Source: a virus
Lineage: Duplodnaviria > Heunggongvirae > Uroviricota > Caudoviricetes
Virus record (IMG/VR): IMGVR_UViG_3300029641_000003
Length of the DNA stretch: 64,000 bases
Direction: 5' to 3' (one strand)
Notes under the pieces: model-generated
Told to the model about the DNA's origin: nothing
Database searches by the model: none
The model's input: the letters and a program-made list of their open reading frames with translations, nothing else
Shown: positions 45,170 through 56,403 of the stretch, piece after piece
Layout: each line of letters begins with the position of its first letter
How positions within the stretch are numbered: position 1 is the first letter of the stretch
Program-made: the position numbers and the translations under genes

Positions 45170-48100
45170 TTAATAACCATAAGCAACATACTGTGCATAT
45201 ATTTTATCAGTGGAGCTACTTTTCACTGTAAAACCAGTGACTGAGTGGTTATATGTATAAAGAATTGAATTGACAGCATTCCCGCTGTGAGGCGAAATCA
45301 CAACTACCGCACACGCCTCAGGAAAAGTAGTCGGAAAGTTAACCACGCTTCCTGGTGTTAAATTTGTTATAAACCCCCACTGCATCATCACCTTAGTTGA
45401 TGTATCCTTATGCCATCCATGAATGTTGGCATATGCAGTGTTTTTAGCCTGATATTTCGTGTTGAAATTACTATAGTTACCAGGGGTAATCTGACCAGCG
45501 GCAGATAAATTCCCCATAACCCTTACATGACCATCAGCACGTCCTAATTCTACGCGACCATCACCGCCATCTATCTTTAATGGAGTGTAAACGACATCAC
45601 CATTAACATTTTGCCCAGTGGTTGATATCTGGAAACTATATCCAGTATTAGTTATTAGGAATCCATAGTTATTATTATAAGTTAGCCGTATAGCATTTTG
45701 GCTGCTGGATATAATTTCACCGGTAACAGTACCACCTGTTGTTGGTAACGCACCAACATGACTTGCCGTTAATGTGATATCTGCGGAACCATCAAAAGCC
45801 ACGCCACTTATTTTCCTGGCTGTTTTTAACTTTGTCGCTGTAGCTGCATTACCAGTTGTATTTTGATTCCCGGCAATATTGACGCCCGGAAGATTGATGT
45901 TGGCGGTGCCATCAAACGAAACCCCGCCTATTGTGCGTGCTGTTTGCAGTTTTGTTGCAGTTGCGGCATTGCCAGTAGTGCTCTGATTACCTGTTTTATT
46001 CACGCCCGGCAGGTCGATATTTGCGGTGCCATTAAATGAAACACCACCAATAGTTCTTGCCGTTTGTAATTTCGTTGCAGACGCCGCGTTTCCGGTTGTG
46101 TTCTGGTTGCCTGTTGTATTTACACCAGGGATGGAATCCTTCGATGTGTAGACCTGCGCCCAATCAGACCATGCTGCATCTGTTGAATCTCTGCGAGAGC
46201 GAATAAAAGCCGGAGCATGAGCGCCACTTGTACCGCTCCAGCCTATGAACAACTCGCCTTCACCAACTGCCGTTGCGCCCTTAAGATGAAGCACATTCCC
46301 GTAAGCAGAAGGATAGCCGTTGTTGTACGCCTCATACATCTGCAATCCAGCAGCAGCACCTTGCGTTGTACCGGTGAGCGCAGTAACACGCCCTCTGGAC
46401 GTAATTGTTGGTATCGAAATGTTCGCAGAACCATCAAAATTAACACCGTTGATTTTGCGGGCTGTTTGCAGTTTTGTAGCGGTTGCAGCATTACCTGTTG
46501 TGTTCTGGTTACCGGCAATGTTCACACCCGGCAGGTTGATATTGGCGCTGCCATCAAATGACACTCCGCCGATTGTGCGTGCCGTCTGAAGTTTCGTTGC
46601 GGTTGCAGCATTGCCGGTAGTGCTCTGATTACCTGTTTTATTCACGCCTGGCAGGTCGATATTGGCGCTGCCATCAAATGACACCCCGCCGATTGTGCGT
46701 GCCGTCTTGAGCTTTGTCGCAGTATCTGCGTTTCCCGTCAAATTACCTGTAATGCCACCACTAACTGTTACCCCATTACCGATCGACACCAACCCAGTTC
46801 TTAAATTTATAGCAAAAGGTCTTAATGGGCCGATGTCACCATTTTCTCCCTCACCTTCATTTGTCGGGACAAGATGCAGAGATTCCTCGGATCTCCTGAA
46901 GATAAGGCCAAAGGACTGATTAAATATTCGAAGGGCATTTAATGTGCCAATTTTTAGTTCACCCCCCATTGTATCGCCAGAACGCTGAACTGCGTTACCA
47001 GCTTGAGAAGCAATATCCGTTAAGCCAAGATCTTCTGGGGTTAGAGTAATATCGGCAGACCCATCAAATGCCACACCGTTAATCTTTCTGGCTGTTTTTA
47101 ATTTCGTCGCAGTATCGGCGTTCCCGGTCAGCGTACCAGTGATCCCCGCGCTGAAAGTCTGGCGCGCACTCCAGGTATTAGCCGTGCTCAACAGGGGGAT
47201 CTTTTCTCCGCTGGTTCCGAGTTCTCTTAAACCAAGGTATTGGATAACAGCCAGTGTGCTTGTTTTAGCAAGAATATCGCGACCGACTGACGTTAAATCA
47301 GTCTGGGCTACAGTGTCTGTTCCGGTAAAGTACGGTAATTTATTTGCTCCCGTCGCCAGGCCTGCGAGCGCGGTTAAGGTTGCGTCGAGAGGCTGCTTAC
47401 CTGCCAGTGCATTTGTCATTGTAGTCGCAAAGTTCGGGTCATTGCCCAGTGCTGCAGCAAGCTCATTCAGGGTATCAAGAGCTTCTGGTGATGAGCCGAC
47501 CAATGCAGAAATAGCGGCACGAACATAAGCGGTTGTTGCAATCTGAGTGTTGTTCGTACCTTGTGACGCCGTAGGAGCTGTTGGAACCCCCGTAAATGCC
47601 GGGCTTAATAACGGCGCTTTAAGAGCTAAAGCATCATTAATCGTCTGGCTAAACTGGGGATCATTGTTTATTGCATCTGCAATTTTTTTCAGCGTATCCA
47701 ACGCTGAAGGAGAACCATCAATAAGGGCGGTTATAGCGGCCTGAACAAAGGCAGCGTTTGCGATTTGTGTACTGTTTGTACCTTGTTCCGGAGTTGGAGA
47801 TGTAGGGATACCTATAAATTCCGGGCTATCAACCGGAGCTTTAAGTTTATTTAACGTGCTGATAGCAAGGGGGGTTGCAGCTTTATATTCTTCGTCACTA
47901 TCCAAAGCACTGGAGAACTCAACACCTACAGCACGATTAGCGCGATATTTAGTGCTAATCATATCTGCGGTAACGGCTTGAGCATTGTCAGGCACGATCA
48001 CTCGGCATATCTCAATCTGGTTAGATGCTATGCCCTCATCAACGAGAGCTATAATTCTCGCTGCGCTAATATCCGATGAACTATCTACCTGGCTGGTTTT

Positions 48101-48439
48101 CACTCCATGTTCGTAATTAGCTTCAAGAACGATGATTGTCGTTACACCTGCTTCTACAGGAACAACAACATCACTGACTTGCTGCACGGATATCTGACAT
48201 TTACCCACGTCAACTGAAGCCGCCCCTCTTCCCTCTGTTTTCTCGGATGTAATCCGCACAAACAGGCCATCCCCTGGCACAGGTTCAAACCCACAGTACA
48301 CACCGGGCAGAACGATATTTTTCATCTTCCTGTTTAGAGCTTCGGTGCTATACAGCTCAAAGTATTGCATGTCTGCAATTAGTGGCGCGGAAATGTCCGA
48401 AGATAAGGTGACAATGTTCTTTACTTTATCTGCGCACAT
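45170..48439 (-). CDS. tail fibre protein (S-like) with internal tandem repeats
   Basis: 1089 aa; repeated ~37-aa units TGNQxTTGNAATATKLQTARTIGGVSFDGSANIxLPGVN; C-terminus ...YAQYVAYGY. Confidence 0.85.
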   Translation of the reverse strand: MCADKVKNIVTLSSDISAPLIADMQYFELYSTEALNRKMKNIVLPGVYCGFEPVPGDGLFVRITSEKTEGRGAASVDVGKCQISVQQVSDVVVPVEAGVTTIIVLEANYEHGVKTSQVDSSSDISAARIIALVDEGIASNQIEICRVIVPDNAQAVTADMISTKYRANRAVGVEFSSALDSDEEYKAATPLAISTLNKLKAPVDSPEFIGIPTSPTPEQGTNSTQIANAAFVQAAITALIDGSPSALDTLKKIADAINNDPQFSQTINDALALKAPLLSPAFTGVPTAPTASQGTNNTQIATTAYVRAAISALVGSSPEALDTLNELAAALGNDPNFATTMTNALAGKQPLDATLTALAGLATGANKLPYFTGTDTVAQTDLTSVGRDILAKTSTLAVIQYLGLRELGTSGEKIPLLSTANTWSARQTFSAGITGTLTGNADTATKLKTARKINGVAFDGSADITLTPEDLGLTDIASQAGNAVQRSGDTMGGELKIGTLNALRIFNQSFGLIFRRSEESLHLVPTNEGEGENGDIGPLRPFAINLRTGLVSIGNGVTVSGGITGNLTGNADTATKLKTARTIGGVSFDGSANIDLPGVNKTGNQSTTGNAATATKLQTARTIGGVSFDGSANINLPGVNIAGNQNTTGNAATATKLQTARKINGVNFDGSANISIPTITSRGRVTALTGTTQGAAAGLQMYEAYNNGYPSAYGNVLHLKGATAVGEGELFIGWSGTSGAHAPAFIRSRRDSTDAAWSDWAQVYTSKDSIPGVNTTGNQNTTGNAASATKLQTARTIGGVSFNGTANIDLPGVNKTGNQSTTGNAATATKLQTARTIGGVSFDGTANINLPGVNIAGNQNTTGNAATATKLKTARKISGVAFDGSADITLTASHVGALPTTGGTVTGEIISSSQNAIRLTYNNNYGFLITNTGYSFQISTTGQNVNGDVVYTPLKIDGGDGRVELGRADGHVRVMGNLSAAGQITPGNYSNFNTKYQAKNTAYANIHGWHKDTSTKVMMQWGFITNLTPGSVVNFPTTFPEACAVVVISPHSGNAVNSILYTYNHSVTGFTVKSSSTDKIYAQYVAYGY

Positions 48440-48441
48440 AA

Positions 48442-48888
48442 TTATCCCTCGACCTGTTCAATGGTCATGAGCAAGCTGTATCGCTTACCTTTGAATAAGG
48501 TGTCCTGTTGAGTACAAACAACCCCAAAAGCCTGATCCTCTGCATCTACGAGAACCAGCGTATTGAAATCGTAAGGTGTATCGTCCGGCATCGTTTCTTG
48601 TGGAAAAGCGGCATTAATCGTAATGACACCATCGAGGCTGGAAAGAATGAGATTGGATTCAGCAAAATGCTGTGCATCACTTAACTTGAAGTCGAGCGGA
48701 ATATCAGAAATAGTCCAGCCACCAGCACTATTTACCGTCACAAGATCGGACTTGCACCAATAAGCCTTTGTCATAACAAAACGCTCACCTCTGCCGATTG
48801 CAGACTCTGCACGGCGAGAGTAGTAGTAAGAAAGGAGTTGCGCCTTGTAAATACTGGAATCGCTTTGGGATTTTAAAGTTTCAGCCAT
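48442..48888 (-). CDS. putative tail fibre-associated protein (R position)
   Basis: 148-aa ORF directly upstream of S-like gene. Confidence 0.4.
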   Translation of the reverse strand: MAETLKSQSDSSIYKAQLLSYYYSRRAESAIGRGERFVMTKAYWCKSDLVTVNSAGGWTISDIPLDFKLSDAQHFAESNLILSSLDGVITINAAFPQETMPDDTPYDFNTLVLVDAEDQAFGVVCTQQDTLFKGKRYSLLMTIEQVEG

Positions 48889-49004
48889 ACGAACATAGCC
48901 CCTTTAACAAGCAATAAATCGAAGGGCAGTATGTTCAGTTTGTGATTTCCAGTGGTCTTTTGTTTTGAGAAATGGCCCCACCCAGGTTGGCGGGGCCTGG
49001 TTTG

Positions 49005-49847
49005 CTAAGGTGCAAAATTATAATCCAGCGCCCAGGCGTCGAGCGGGAGTTCATCGAGATGAAGCACTCTTTCCGTCGTCCGGTCTGGCCTTCCTGCGAA
49101 CTGGATGCCGCCTATTTGAATGATCGTATCGCTAATAGATAGCTCATCGACCATCTCTTGCGTCGTGTACACCCCCTCAATAAAGGACACTTCCGCAGAT
49201 AAGCAATTCAGGATCTCCGCCATTTCCGGCAATGTTGCGCTCAACTGGAAAGAAACACCATCAAACACGATATGCAATGGCAATAGCGGCGCTATAACCG
49301 TATCAAAATCAGCAAGTAGCTTCTGTACAGCAACGTCTCTGTCATCGCTATCATAAGCTCGATACAGCTTATTTTGGTTGACGACAACCAGCCCCCTGGA
49401 TGTCAGGAAAAACTCACCATATTGTGCCTGAGCGGTCGGTATTTCATTTGCGGTCGCGAAGAATGAACCATAGGGATGTTTTTCTGTATCGACTGGCGCA
49501 TACAAGGGTTCCCATGAGACGGGAATTGTGCCAAATTCACGCCAGAACGTTTGCTCTATCGGCCTTACAGTTCCTTTGAAGTGCACCTCATCCAGTCGTT
49601 GAGCTAATAGCATTGGCCTGCGTGTTTTGTCCGTTTCTGTGATAACAAAGAAACGACCATATTCAGCAATGCGAGTGTCCATATCCTCGCTTGCCATTGT
49701 GAAAAACGATTTACGGTTGCTTATTCGCGTGAGAATAGGTTCAACCGATTCATTCCACACGTCCTGAATCGTATCAACAAAGGCAGCCCACAATTTAGAG
49801 TCCTGTTTAAATTGCGTCAGACGCTCTTTTAGCCAGTTATTCTGCAT
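49005..49847 (-). CDS. putative baseplate protein (gene 16 position)
   Basis: 280-aa ORF in conserved structural block; by synteny only. Confidence 0.4.
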   Translation of the reverse strand: MQNNWLKERLTQFKQDSKLWAAFVDTIQDVWNESVEPILTRISNRKSFFTMASEDMDTRIAEYGRFFVITETDKTRRPMLLAQRLDEVHFKGTVRPIEQTFWREFGTIPVSWEPLYAPVDTEKHPYGSFFATANEIPTAQAQYGEFFLTSRGLVVVNQNKLYRAYDSDDRDVAVQKLLADFDTVIAPLLPLHIVFDGVSFQLSATLPEMAEILNCLSAEVSFIEGVYTTQEMVDELSISDTIIQIGGIQFAGRPDRTTERVLHLDELPLDAWALDYNFAP

Positions 49848-49856
49848 TGTGACCTC

Positions 49857-51287
49857 TTACGGATAGGTTATGCTGAACGTTGATGATTCCACGTCCAGAT
49901 AAACAAAATCATTAAAGTACACGGCTTCTTTCATGTTCTGCGTAGCCACGTCATAAGACAGGAACATATCCAGCGATTCGATTACTCGCCAGATATCTTT
50001 CACTTTGACCTGTGCATAACATTGCTGTGAGTCGTCATCACTCTGCAATAGCTGGCTAAATGACATGGAGTCTTTACCGAAGTTCTCCTCCAGTGCCGCT
50101 TTAATTGCAGTTAGCGCGTCATCCACCAGCACACTCTTTTTTACGATACCGGTAAATTTGATGTTGAACGGCTGTTCATTGGTGGCAACGTATTCGAACT
50201 TCTTATTCAGCTCATTAGGGATACTCTCAAGGGCTGATAATATCTCTGTTTTCAGAGCTTCCTGTGTTACGCCGGGCTTGTGCCCACAAAAGAAAATTTT
50301 GTTGATATTACGCACATCAAAGCCCGTGATTTTCTCCTGTAGCGCCTCCCCCCACACGTTAAGCCATGACGTGCCACTGACCACGTTCTGAATGAACTGT
50401 CGGTAATCACCGCCCCAAACAACCTGCTCATCGTAGGCCACATAATACTGCGCCCTGTTTCGGGTTTCCTCGGTAGTTTCCATGCCACCACCGCCAGAAA
50501 TGATCGAATCGGTTTTTACTTCCAGTGATTCGACATACCCGGAGATGTTCCCTGCTGGTTCAAGTTTCTGGCCTTCAGCCAGCGTGTAATCACCGAGGCT
50601 TGCCATAATATCAATGCGTACCTGACTCCCTGCCGCTGGCATCATCCCCATTGATCCATCACCGAAGCGCACGCCGATCTGTTCTGTCGGCTTATAAACC
50701 AACACATAATGTTTACTGTTATCCCTGGACATGCGGAACAGGGGGTTATGTGTCCATTTTTCCTCGACACCATTAGTTATCACGACAACTTCCAGGCTGG
50801 CGACTTCTGCTGTTAACTCACGGGAAAGTAACAGCGTCAAGAATGGTGTTTCTTGCACCACGTCGAACGTTACGCTGACAGCTTCATGCTGTTTTACTTC
50901 TATGCCGGGTACTGTTTCACCAGCAGGGATAACAACACTACTGCTGGTTGCAATTGGTGTCTGGTCACTTGTCAGTAATTCAGCCCCTCCGGGTAGCGTA
51001 ATATCCCTGTCGGTTTTGTTGGTGATGGAAACAGTGCCGTATGACGCATCGACCAAACGACCGACATAGCCACGGTCTTCCGCTGCCGCGAGAATACTTG
51101 CTCTACGCGTCGCGGTGGAAATGAATCCTTCTGTAAGTGCACGGCTTGCAAATGTACGCGCAATATAAACAATCTGCGCGCCAAAAACGGACTGCATTTG
51201 AATAAACTGGCTGTTTACAAAACGCGCCCACCAGGGGTTTTCGTTCAGCTTGGCATTAAACTTGTCCAGTAATTCGGTAATACTCAC
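49857..51287 (-). CDS. putative baseplate protein (BplA position)
   Basis: 476-aa ORF; overlapping start/stop with neighbours. Confidence 0.45.
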   Translation of the reverse strand: MSITELLDKFNAKLNENPWWARFVNSQFIQMQSVFGAQIVYIARTFASRALTEGFISTATRRASILAAAEDRGYVGRLVDASYGTVSITNKTDRDITLPGGAELLTSDQTPIATSSSVVIPAGETVPGIEVKQHEAVSVTFDVVQETPFLTLLLSRELTAEVASLEVVVITNGVEEKWTHNPLFRMSRDNSKHYVLVYKPTEQIGVRFGDGSMGMMPAAGSQVRIDIMASLGDYTLAEGQKLEPAGNISGYVESLEVKTDSIISGGGGMETTEETRNRAQYYVAYDEQVVWGGDYRQFIQNVVSGTSWLNVWGEALQEKITGFDVRNINKIFFCGHKPGVTQEALKTEILSALESIPNELNKKFEYVATNEQPFNIKFTGIVKKSVLVDDALTAIKAALEENFGKDSMSFSQLLQSDDDSQQCYAQVKVKDIWRVIESLDMFLSYDVATQNMKEAVYFNDFVYLDVESSTFSITYP

Positions 51288-51658
51288 GCTGTATCTCCGC
51301 TATCTTTCTGCATAACAACATTCACGGTGCCTCCTTTTGCCTGGAAGCTAATTAGTAACTGGTCTTCAGAGACAGTCGCGCAGCGGATCGCCTGGAGTCC
51401 AAGCCCTGGTAAGTCCTGCTGTAGCTTCGTCATCATTCGCGCTTCAATCGCCACTTCAACAATGTGTGACGTATCAGAACCGAAGGGTTCGTGTTTGAAC
51501 TCCTCCATCGGATTCCCCCATGACGGCAATCCGTAAACGCTGCCATTTGGTGTCCGTAGCCATTCATCGAGTCGGGCTATCCAGGCGTTTGTGTCGCCTT
51601 CAGCGATCACCACCCCGCTCTCGTTTGTCTGAAGGCGGGCATCAATCTCATAAAGCAT
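51284..51658 (-). CDS. putative small baseplate protein (PmgA position)
   Basis: 124-aa ORF between Sit-like and baseplate genes. Confidence 0.4.
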   Translation of the reverse strand: MLYEIDARLQTNESGVVIAEGDTNAWIARLDEWLRTPNGSVYGLPSWGNPMEEFKHEPFGSDTSHIVEVAIEARMMTKLQQDLPGLGLQAIRCATVSEDQLLISFQAKGGTVNVVMQKDSGDTA

Positions 51659-51663
51659 CGGTC

Positions 51664-54600
51664 TTAATCCTCCAGTAATTTGTCAAGAGATGGGTCATTG
51701 ATAGTCGTGCTGGCACGCTGACGAGGTTGTGGTTGTGATGTGTTCACAACTTTGTCCTGATCGCCTTTGCGGTTGTCTTTGCTTACGCCAAGAATCTCTT
51801 TGAGAACGGAATAAACGTTCTCCAGTGCTTTCAACATAGCCGGATCGTTATTTGCGGTATCTGTTGTTAGCATCTGCCTTATTCCGCTTCGTGCGAGGTC
51901 CGTGACGGTTGGTAGCTGAGGAGGCATTGCAAGGAACGGTTCTTTAGCAGCCACGCCCGAAGCAAACAGGCTTTGATTGATTGCGCCAGTTGTGTCCCTG
52001 ATCGTATCCGCCGTTTTCTGTATGCCACCATTCAGCCAACCGCCAACACTCCTTGTTAACGGACTAATAGCGCGAGCAACATCGGTATTCTGTCCAGAGG
52101 ACTGCAATACAAAGTCATTTAACATTCCGGTGCTATCAATACCGCCCACAAGTCGCGAGAGGTTATCTCCAACGGCGGGGAGGACGGCGGAGGCTACCTG
52201 GTTAAGCCCTGACACAGTTGAATCAAATAGCGAGCCAAAGAAGCCCCTGTCCTCACCTTCAACCACCTTGTAGCCGTTGTCGTAAATCTGCACACCCGCC
52301 GGTGTCGATCTGGCACGCTTCTCGCTGATGGTTGCCGGACTCTCCGGAAGCAGGTCAATGGTTTCTGTATCGCGGTTAACTTTGCGCTTTTGCTGTATAG
52401 CCGTAGTGATATCGGCGATCTGTTCCGCCTTCTGGAAACTAAAGTTTTTGCCCGTTGCTCTGGATATTTTTTCAACAAGGAACTTATCCAATTGCTTGGC
52501 TTTTGCTGCTAACGAGGACATCTCTTCCGGAGAACTGACAGGGCCGAGATTTAGCCCCATATTCGGATCTCCCCCAACTATCCCGGCGATGACGCCCCCA
52601 ACACCGTCTGCACTCATTAACCGCTCCGTCAATCCGGCTGCGGCGGAAGAATTGCCACTAGCTTTCGCGTGGCTGATCGCTTGGGCATTTTCCTGTTGAG
52701 CTGCCTTCGGTTTTTTAGCTGCCTGTGCGTGTTGAACCACGTCAGTAGGGGCAGGCATTACAGCCTGGGCTACGCTTGACGCAGGAATCGCAGAAGATGA
52801 GCCGTTGGCGTATTTGACTTTGCTACCGACACTATATTGGGAGTTGCGAGCGATTAGAGGACCGCCCTTTTCCTTCTGGATTTTATTAATGTGTTCCAGC
52901 GTTTCATCATTGAATTGCCCTTCCCAACGCCCAGTTTTAGCGTTGAATGAACCAAGAGCTGTTTTGATGAAATTGTTGTTAACCGCCGGGTTCCCCCCCT
53001 CCTTCGTCGCAATAGCGCGAACAAGGTGCGTCATAACTTCAGGGTTGCTAACGTCTATTTTATCGTTGGGGGATACCCCTAGATATTTGCTGACGTTTTC
53101 AATGTACTGATTGGTGTTGTTCTCTGTTGGTGGTGCCCATTTTGAAATGATGCTGGATACTGTTTGCAGCTTCTGATACCCGGCGGCAGCACTTGTACCG
53201 TTGTAATAACTCGATACCTGGTTTGCCAATGCCCGAATCCCTTCTTCGGGCGTATTAAACCGCGCAAAACGCTGTTCGCCTTTCGCGTTCGGCGCTTCCA
53301 GTACCGCCCCCTCCTGATTTGCAAAAACCAGGTTCCCCAGGTTGTTATTCCGGTAATTCCTGTTCTTGGCGTTGCTTCCGCCTATATTCAGATCAGCCGT
53401 TATTGTATTTTTTTCAGGCGCTTTAAATTCGTCTGGCGATTTGTAGCCGTGTTCACCCACGCCATCCTCACCACTGCGCCCGCCCTGTAGCTGTCGGGCC
53501 AGATCATTAATTGCGGCTACCGTTTGCTTGGTGCCATCTTCAACGGCTTTCTTAACCTGCGCAGTGCCTTCGCTGCTTGATGAGAACGATTCTTTTAGGC
53601 TGCTGAATACGTTTTTTGTCGTGTCTATAGAACTATTTATGCCACGAGCAATATCTCCAGTATCAAAATTCTGAAGTTTTTCACCAGCCCCCTCAAAGCC
53701 TAACGCAGAAATCCCTTTACCTATCAGGTTGGTTGCGCCAGAAACTAAGCCGCCCATATCAAGCACATTAGCTGTTGCGTAAGCCGATTTTTGCTGTCTG
53801 GACACAGCATCATCATCACTTAAGCCAAAAGCTGCCTTTTGCGCCTCTGTATCAGAGTAACCGTCTATAGCATCGTATCCAGCCATAGCGATATTACCGA
53901 TAATTGGGATTCCTCTGACACCAGCCCTTACGGCTAAGCCTCCGGCAGCTTTGAGAGCTACTTTTCCAGCTTCTTTTTTCGCGATGTTTTCACCAGCGGC
54001 AACGGCAACCTTACCCGCCTCTTTCCTGGTAAGGCTTTCCCCAGCGGAAGTTGCCGCTTTACCAGCGTCTTTCCCTGCCGCTCCACCAGCCGCCGTTTTG
54101 GCTACGCTTTCTTCAGTGACCTTACCTGCTCTGGTTTTAACTGAAGATTTATCACCTGATGATTTTGGTGAGGTACTACCCTCGTTCCCACCAGCATTTT
54201 TTGTCCGATTTTTTTCCTCGCCCGCACTGTTGTTTTTGCCTGGCTGATTTTTTTTCCCCTCTTTGCCTTCCTGACTCCTGCCCGTCTCAGTAGGTTTGCT
54301 GGTGTTTTTTCCCTTCTTGCCCTTGTTTTCTTTACTGTCTCCAGTGCGGCCCGTGTTGCCACCACGTGCACTGCTACGACCGCGTGTAGGGGATATTTTG
54401 GTACGTAATCTGCCACCGCCGAGGAGGTCGCTCAGTTTTAGCCCTCTCTCCTGTGACTTTCGTAGTTTCCGGATCTCTTCGGATACAGTTTCCAGCTCAT
54501 CAATTATCTGGCTGTCGTTGCGTTGAAGCACTTTCGTTTGTTCTTCGATCGCACGCACAGATTTTTCTTTAACGGCTTCAGTAAATGCCTTTGCTGAACC

Positions 54601-55527
54601 GGGCGCGTTATCTGGAGTCTTCCTTTCATTGTCAGGTGCCGGGTAAGTAATGGCGGGGGCTTTTGCGACCACCGGTGCGCCAGCCGCCTTGTCGTTGCCA
54701 TTATCTATCCATTCTTTCAATGATTTAGCCTTACCAGTAATCTCGCGGCTGATATCAAATACGCCCCGTGCTGCCATCCATAGTGGACCACCAGCCCCTA
54801 CCCCGGCAGCATCGGTTACAGCTCCATCGTCGGCTTTCCCTGAACCATCAACCCCCATAATGGAACCGAGTTTTCGCAGGAACCCAACCTGTAGTTTTGC
54901 CTGTGCGCGTAGCTCATTCTGGCGTGCGAGATCCTCGTTTTTTTTCTGAGAGGCAAATCGTCCGTTGCTATCCCGTAACGGTGCACCAGAGGTGCTCTGG
55001 CTTTCTCTAACTGGTTGTTCTTGCCTTGCAGGCTGAATGTCAGGAGTGAGCAACTGAATGCGCTCAGGCGATGACTTCGTGGCTTTGCCTTCAGCCAGCG
55101 GTGCTGTTTTTGATTCCGAATGAGCGGTGCGGTGATTTGCTGCTGCTTTTTGCGGATTATCTATCTCGCTAGTGTTGTTTATACGTAATCTCTGTTTCCT
55201 GGTAGGGAGCCGGTCTTTATACGGCCCCTGTGTGAAACTGTTGCGTTGCGCCCCTGCTTTCCCTGTTCGGGCCAGGCGACGACTTACGCGTCCTTGTGGT
55301 GCGTCGCTGGTATCAGGATTGCGTCCGTAAGACTCAAGTGCTTTTTTTATTTCTGAAAGCGCAGCTAGCTCTTTCGCGTTTGCCGTTTGTATTGCGTCGA
55401 TTATCGCTATTCGGTCTTTTTTATCGTTCAAAATAACCTCACTTACATCGGCGGTGATCACCCTGTTTTTTTGGCGTGGGCTTTGTATTTCTCTTCCAGT
55501 GCTTTTTCCATATGGAGTGCCCGCCAC
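51664..55527 (-). CDS. sit: Sit-like tape-measure / injection protein
   Basis: 1287 aa; long Gly/Lys/Ala-rich low-complexity middle; position before baseplate genes. Confidence 0.6.
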   Translation of the reverse strand: MAGTPYGKSTGREIQSPRQKNRVITADVSEVILNDKKDRIAIIDAIQTANAKELAALSEIKKALESYGRNPDTSDAPQGRVSRRLARTGKAGAQRNSFTQGPYKDRLPTRKQRLRINNTSEIDNPQKAAANHRTAHSESKTAPLAEGKATKSSPERIQLLTPDIQPARQEQPVRESQSTSGAPLRDSNGRFASQKKNEDLARQNELRAQAKLQVGFLRKLGSIMGVDGSGKADDGAVTDAAGVGAGGPLWMAARGVFDISREITGKAKSLKEWIDNGNDKAAGAPVVAKAPAITYPAPDNERKTPDNAPGSAKAFTEAVKEKSVRAIEEQTKVLQRNDSQIIDELETVSEEIRKLRKSQERGLKLSDLLGGGRLRTKISPTRGRSSARGGNTGRTGDSKENKGKKGKNTSKPTETGRSQEGKEGKKNQPGKNNSAGEEKNRTKNAGGNEGSTSPKSSGDKSSVKTRAGKVTEESVAKTAAGGAAGKDAGKAATSAGESLTRKEAGKVAVAAGENIAKKEAGKVALKAAGGLAVRAGVRGIPIIGNIAMAGYDAIDGYSDTEAQKAAFGLSDDDAVSRQQKSAYATANVLDMGGLVSGATNLIGKGISALGFEGAGEKLQNFDTGDIARGINSSIDTTKNVFSSLKESFSSSSEGTAQVKKAVEDGTKQTVAAINDLARQLQGGRSGEDGVGEHGYKSPDEFKAPEKNTITADLNIGGSNAKNRNYRNNNLGNLVFANQEGAVLEAPNAKGEQRFARFNTPEEGIRALANQVSSYYNGTSAAAGYQKLQTVSSIISKWAPPTENNTNQYIENVSKYLGVSPNDKIDVSNPEVMTHLVRAIATKEGGNPAVNNNFIKTALGSFNAKTGRWEGQFNDETLEHINKIQKEKGGPLIARNSQYSVGSKVKYANGSSSAIPASSVAQAVMPAPTDVVQHAQAAKKPKAAQQENAQAISHAKASGNSSAAAGLTERLMSADGVGGVIAGIVGGDPNMGLNLGPVSSPEEMSSLAAKAKQLDKFLVEKISRATGKNFSFQKAEQIADITTAIQQKRKVNRDTETIDLLPESPATISEKRARSTPAGVQIYDNGYKVVEGEDRGFFGSLFDSTVSGLNQVASAVLPAVGDNLSRLVGGIDSTGMLNDFVLQSSGQNTDVARAISPLTRSVGGWLNGGIQKTADTIRDTTGAINQSLFASGVAAKEPFLAMPPQLPTVTDLARSGIRQMLTTDTANNDPAMLKALENVYSVLKEILGVSKDNRKGDQDKVVNTSQPQPRQRASTTINDPSLDKLLED

Positions 55528-55578
55528 TGCGGTAATTGTTCAACGTCACTAACTGGCTGGTAGCCGTATAACGTCAGG

Positions 55579-56403
55579 TTATTGATAATGGTTAGCCATC
55601 CATTCAGATCTAATTGATGGGATAAACTCTCTATTGAGAAATGGGGCGTACAGCGTGGTAGTCACGTCTGCACCCTCCTTAGCGTTTTTGCAACGTTGTG
55701 GCGGTAGGATCAGGCGGCTTGTGCCTCGTTCAATAGCCATTTTTAAGCCGTGGCGAAGGTCTTTCTGCATGAGCTGAATGCGAGCTACCAGAGGGGTAAA
55801 CTCGGTTTCCAGAGCCATGTTTTCAATGATATCGAATCGTCTGTTTGCAGCTTGTGTGAAGTCTTCTGGATCGTCGTTCAGAGATGTACACAAGGCCAAC
55901 TCAGCTATGCGGAGACGAGCAACCTCAGCACTGTACTCTGGAGTTTTCATATCAGGCAAAGTGGCGCGCATACGTTCAAGCAATTCAGCGCCTTTCCCTG
56001 TTAGTGGTTTAAGCGTCCACTCGGTTGGTACTCCGTTTATAGGGACCATAGTTTTAATAAACGGCGGGACAGTCAGGATTTCTACCGTTTCGGCAAGGTC
56101 TGAAAGGTTAATATCTGCGTGATGAACGTTTCCACAGTGACCACACTCATATGAGTAAGTCATGACGGCATCAGGCCTGGAATTAACAAAGATCCACCAA
56201 AGCGCGGTTCTGCGATCCTGAACTGTCCAGTTTGAGCTGTCGTTAATTTCGCCGTCTTGCATAGCGTTGAGGTATTCTGTTGTGGTTGCCTCGTCTTCTG
56301 CCGGATTGATGTCTGAATATTTCAGGGCATCTTTCACAGTAGGTGCATGAAACTGAATTTCTATTTCAGGCTGTGAAGGCAATGGGAATTTGGGAATGTT
56401 CAA
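55579..56403 (-). CDS. hypothetical protein with CxxC zinc-ribbon-like motif
   Basis: 274 aa; YECGHCGNVHH. Confidence 0.5.
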   Translation of the reverse strand: MNIPKFPLPSQPEIEIQFHAPTVKDALKYSDINPAEDEATTTEYLNAMQDGEINDSSNWTVQDRRTALWWIFVNSRPDAVMTYSYECGHCGNVHHADINLSDLAETVEILTVPPFIKTMVPINGVPTEWTLKPLTGKGAELLERMRATLPDMKTPEYSAEVARLRIAELALCTSLNDDPEDFTQAANRRFDIIENMALETEFTPLVARIQLMQKDLRHGLKMAIERGTSRLILPPQRCKNAKEGADVTTTLYAPFLNREFIPSIRSEWMANHYQ

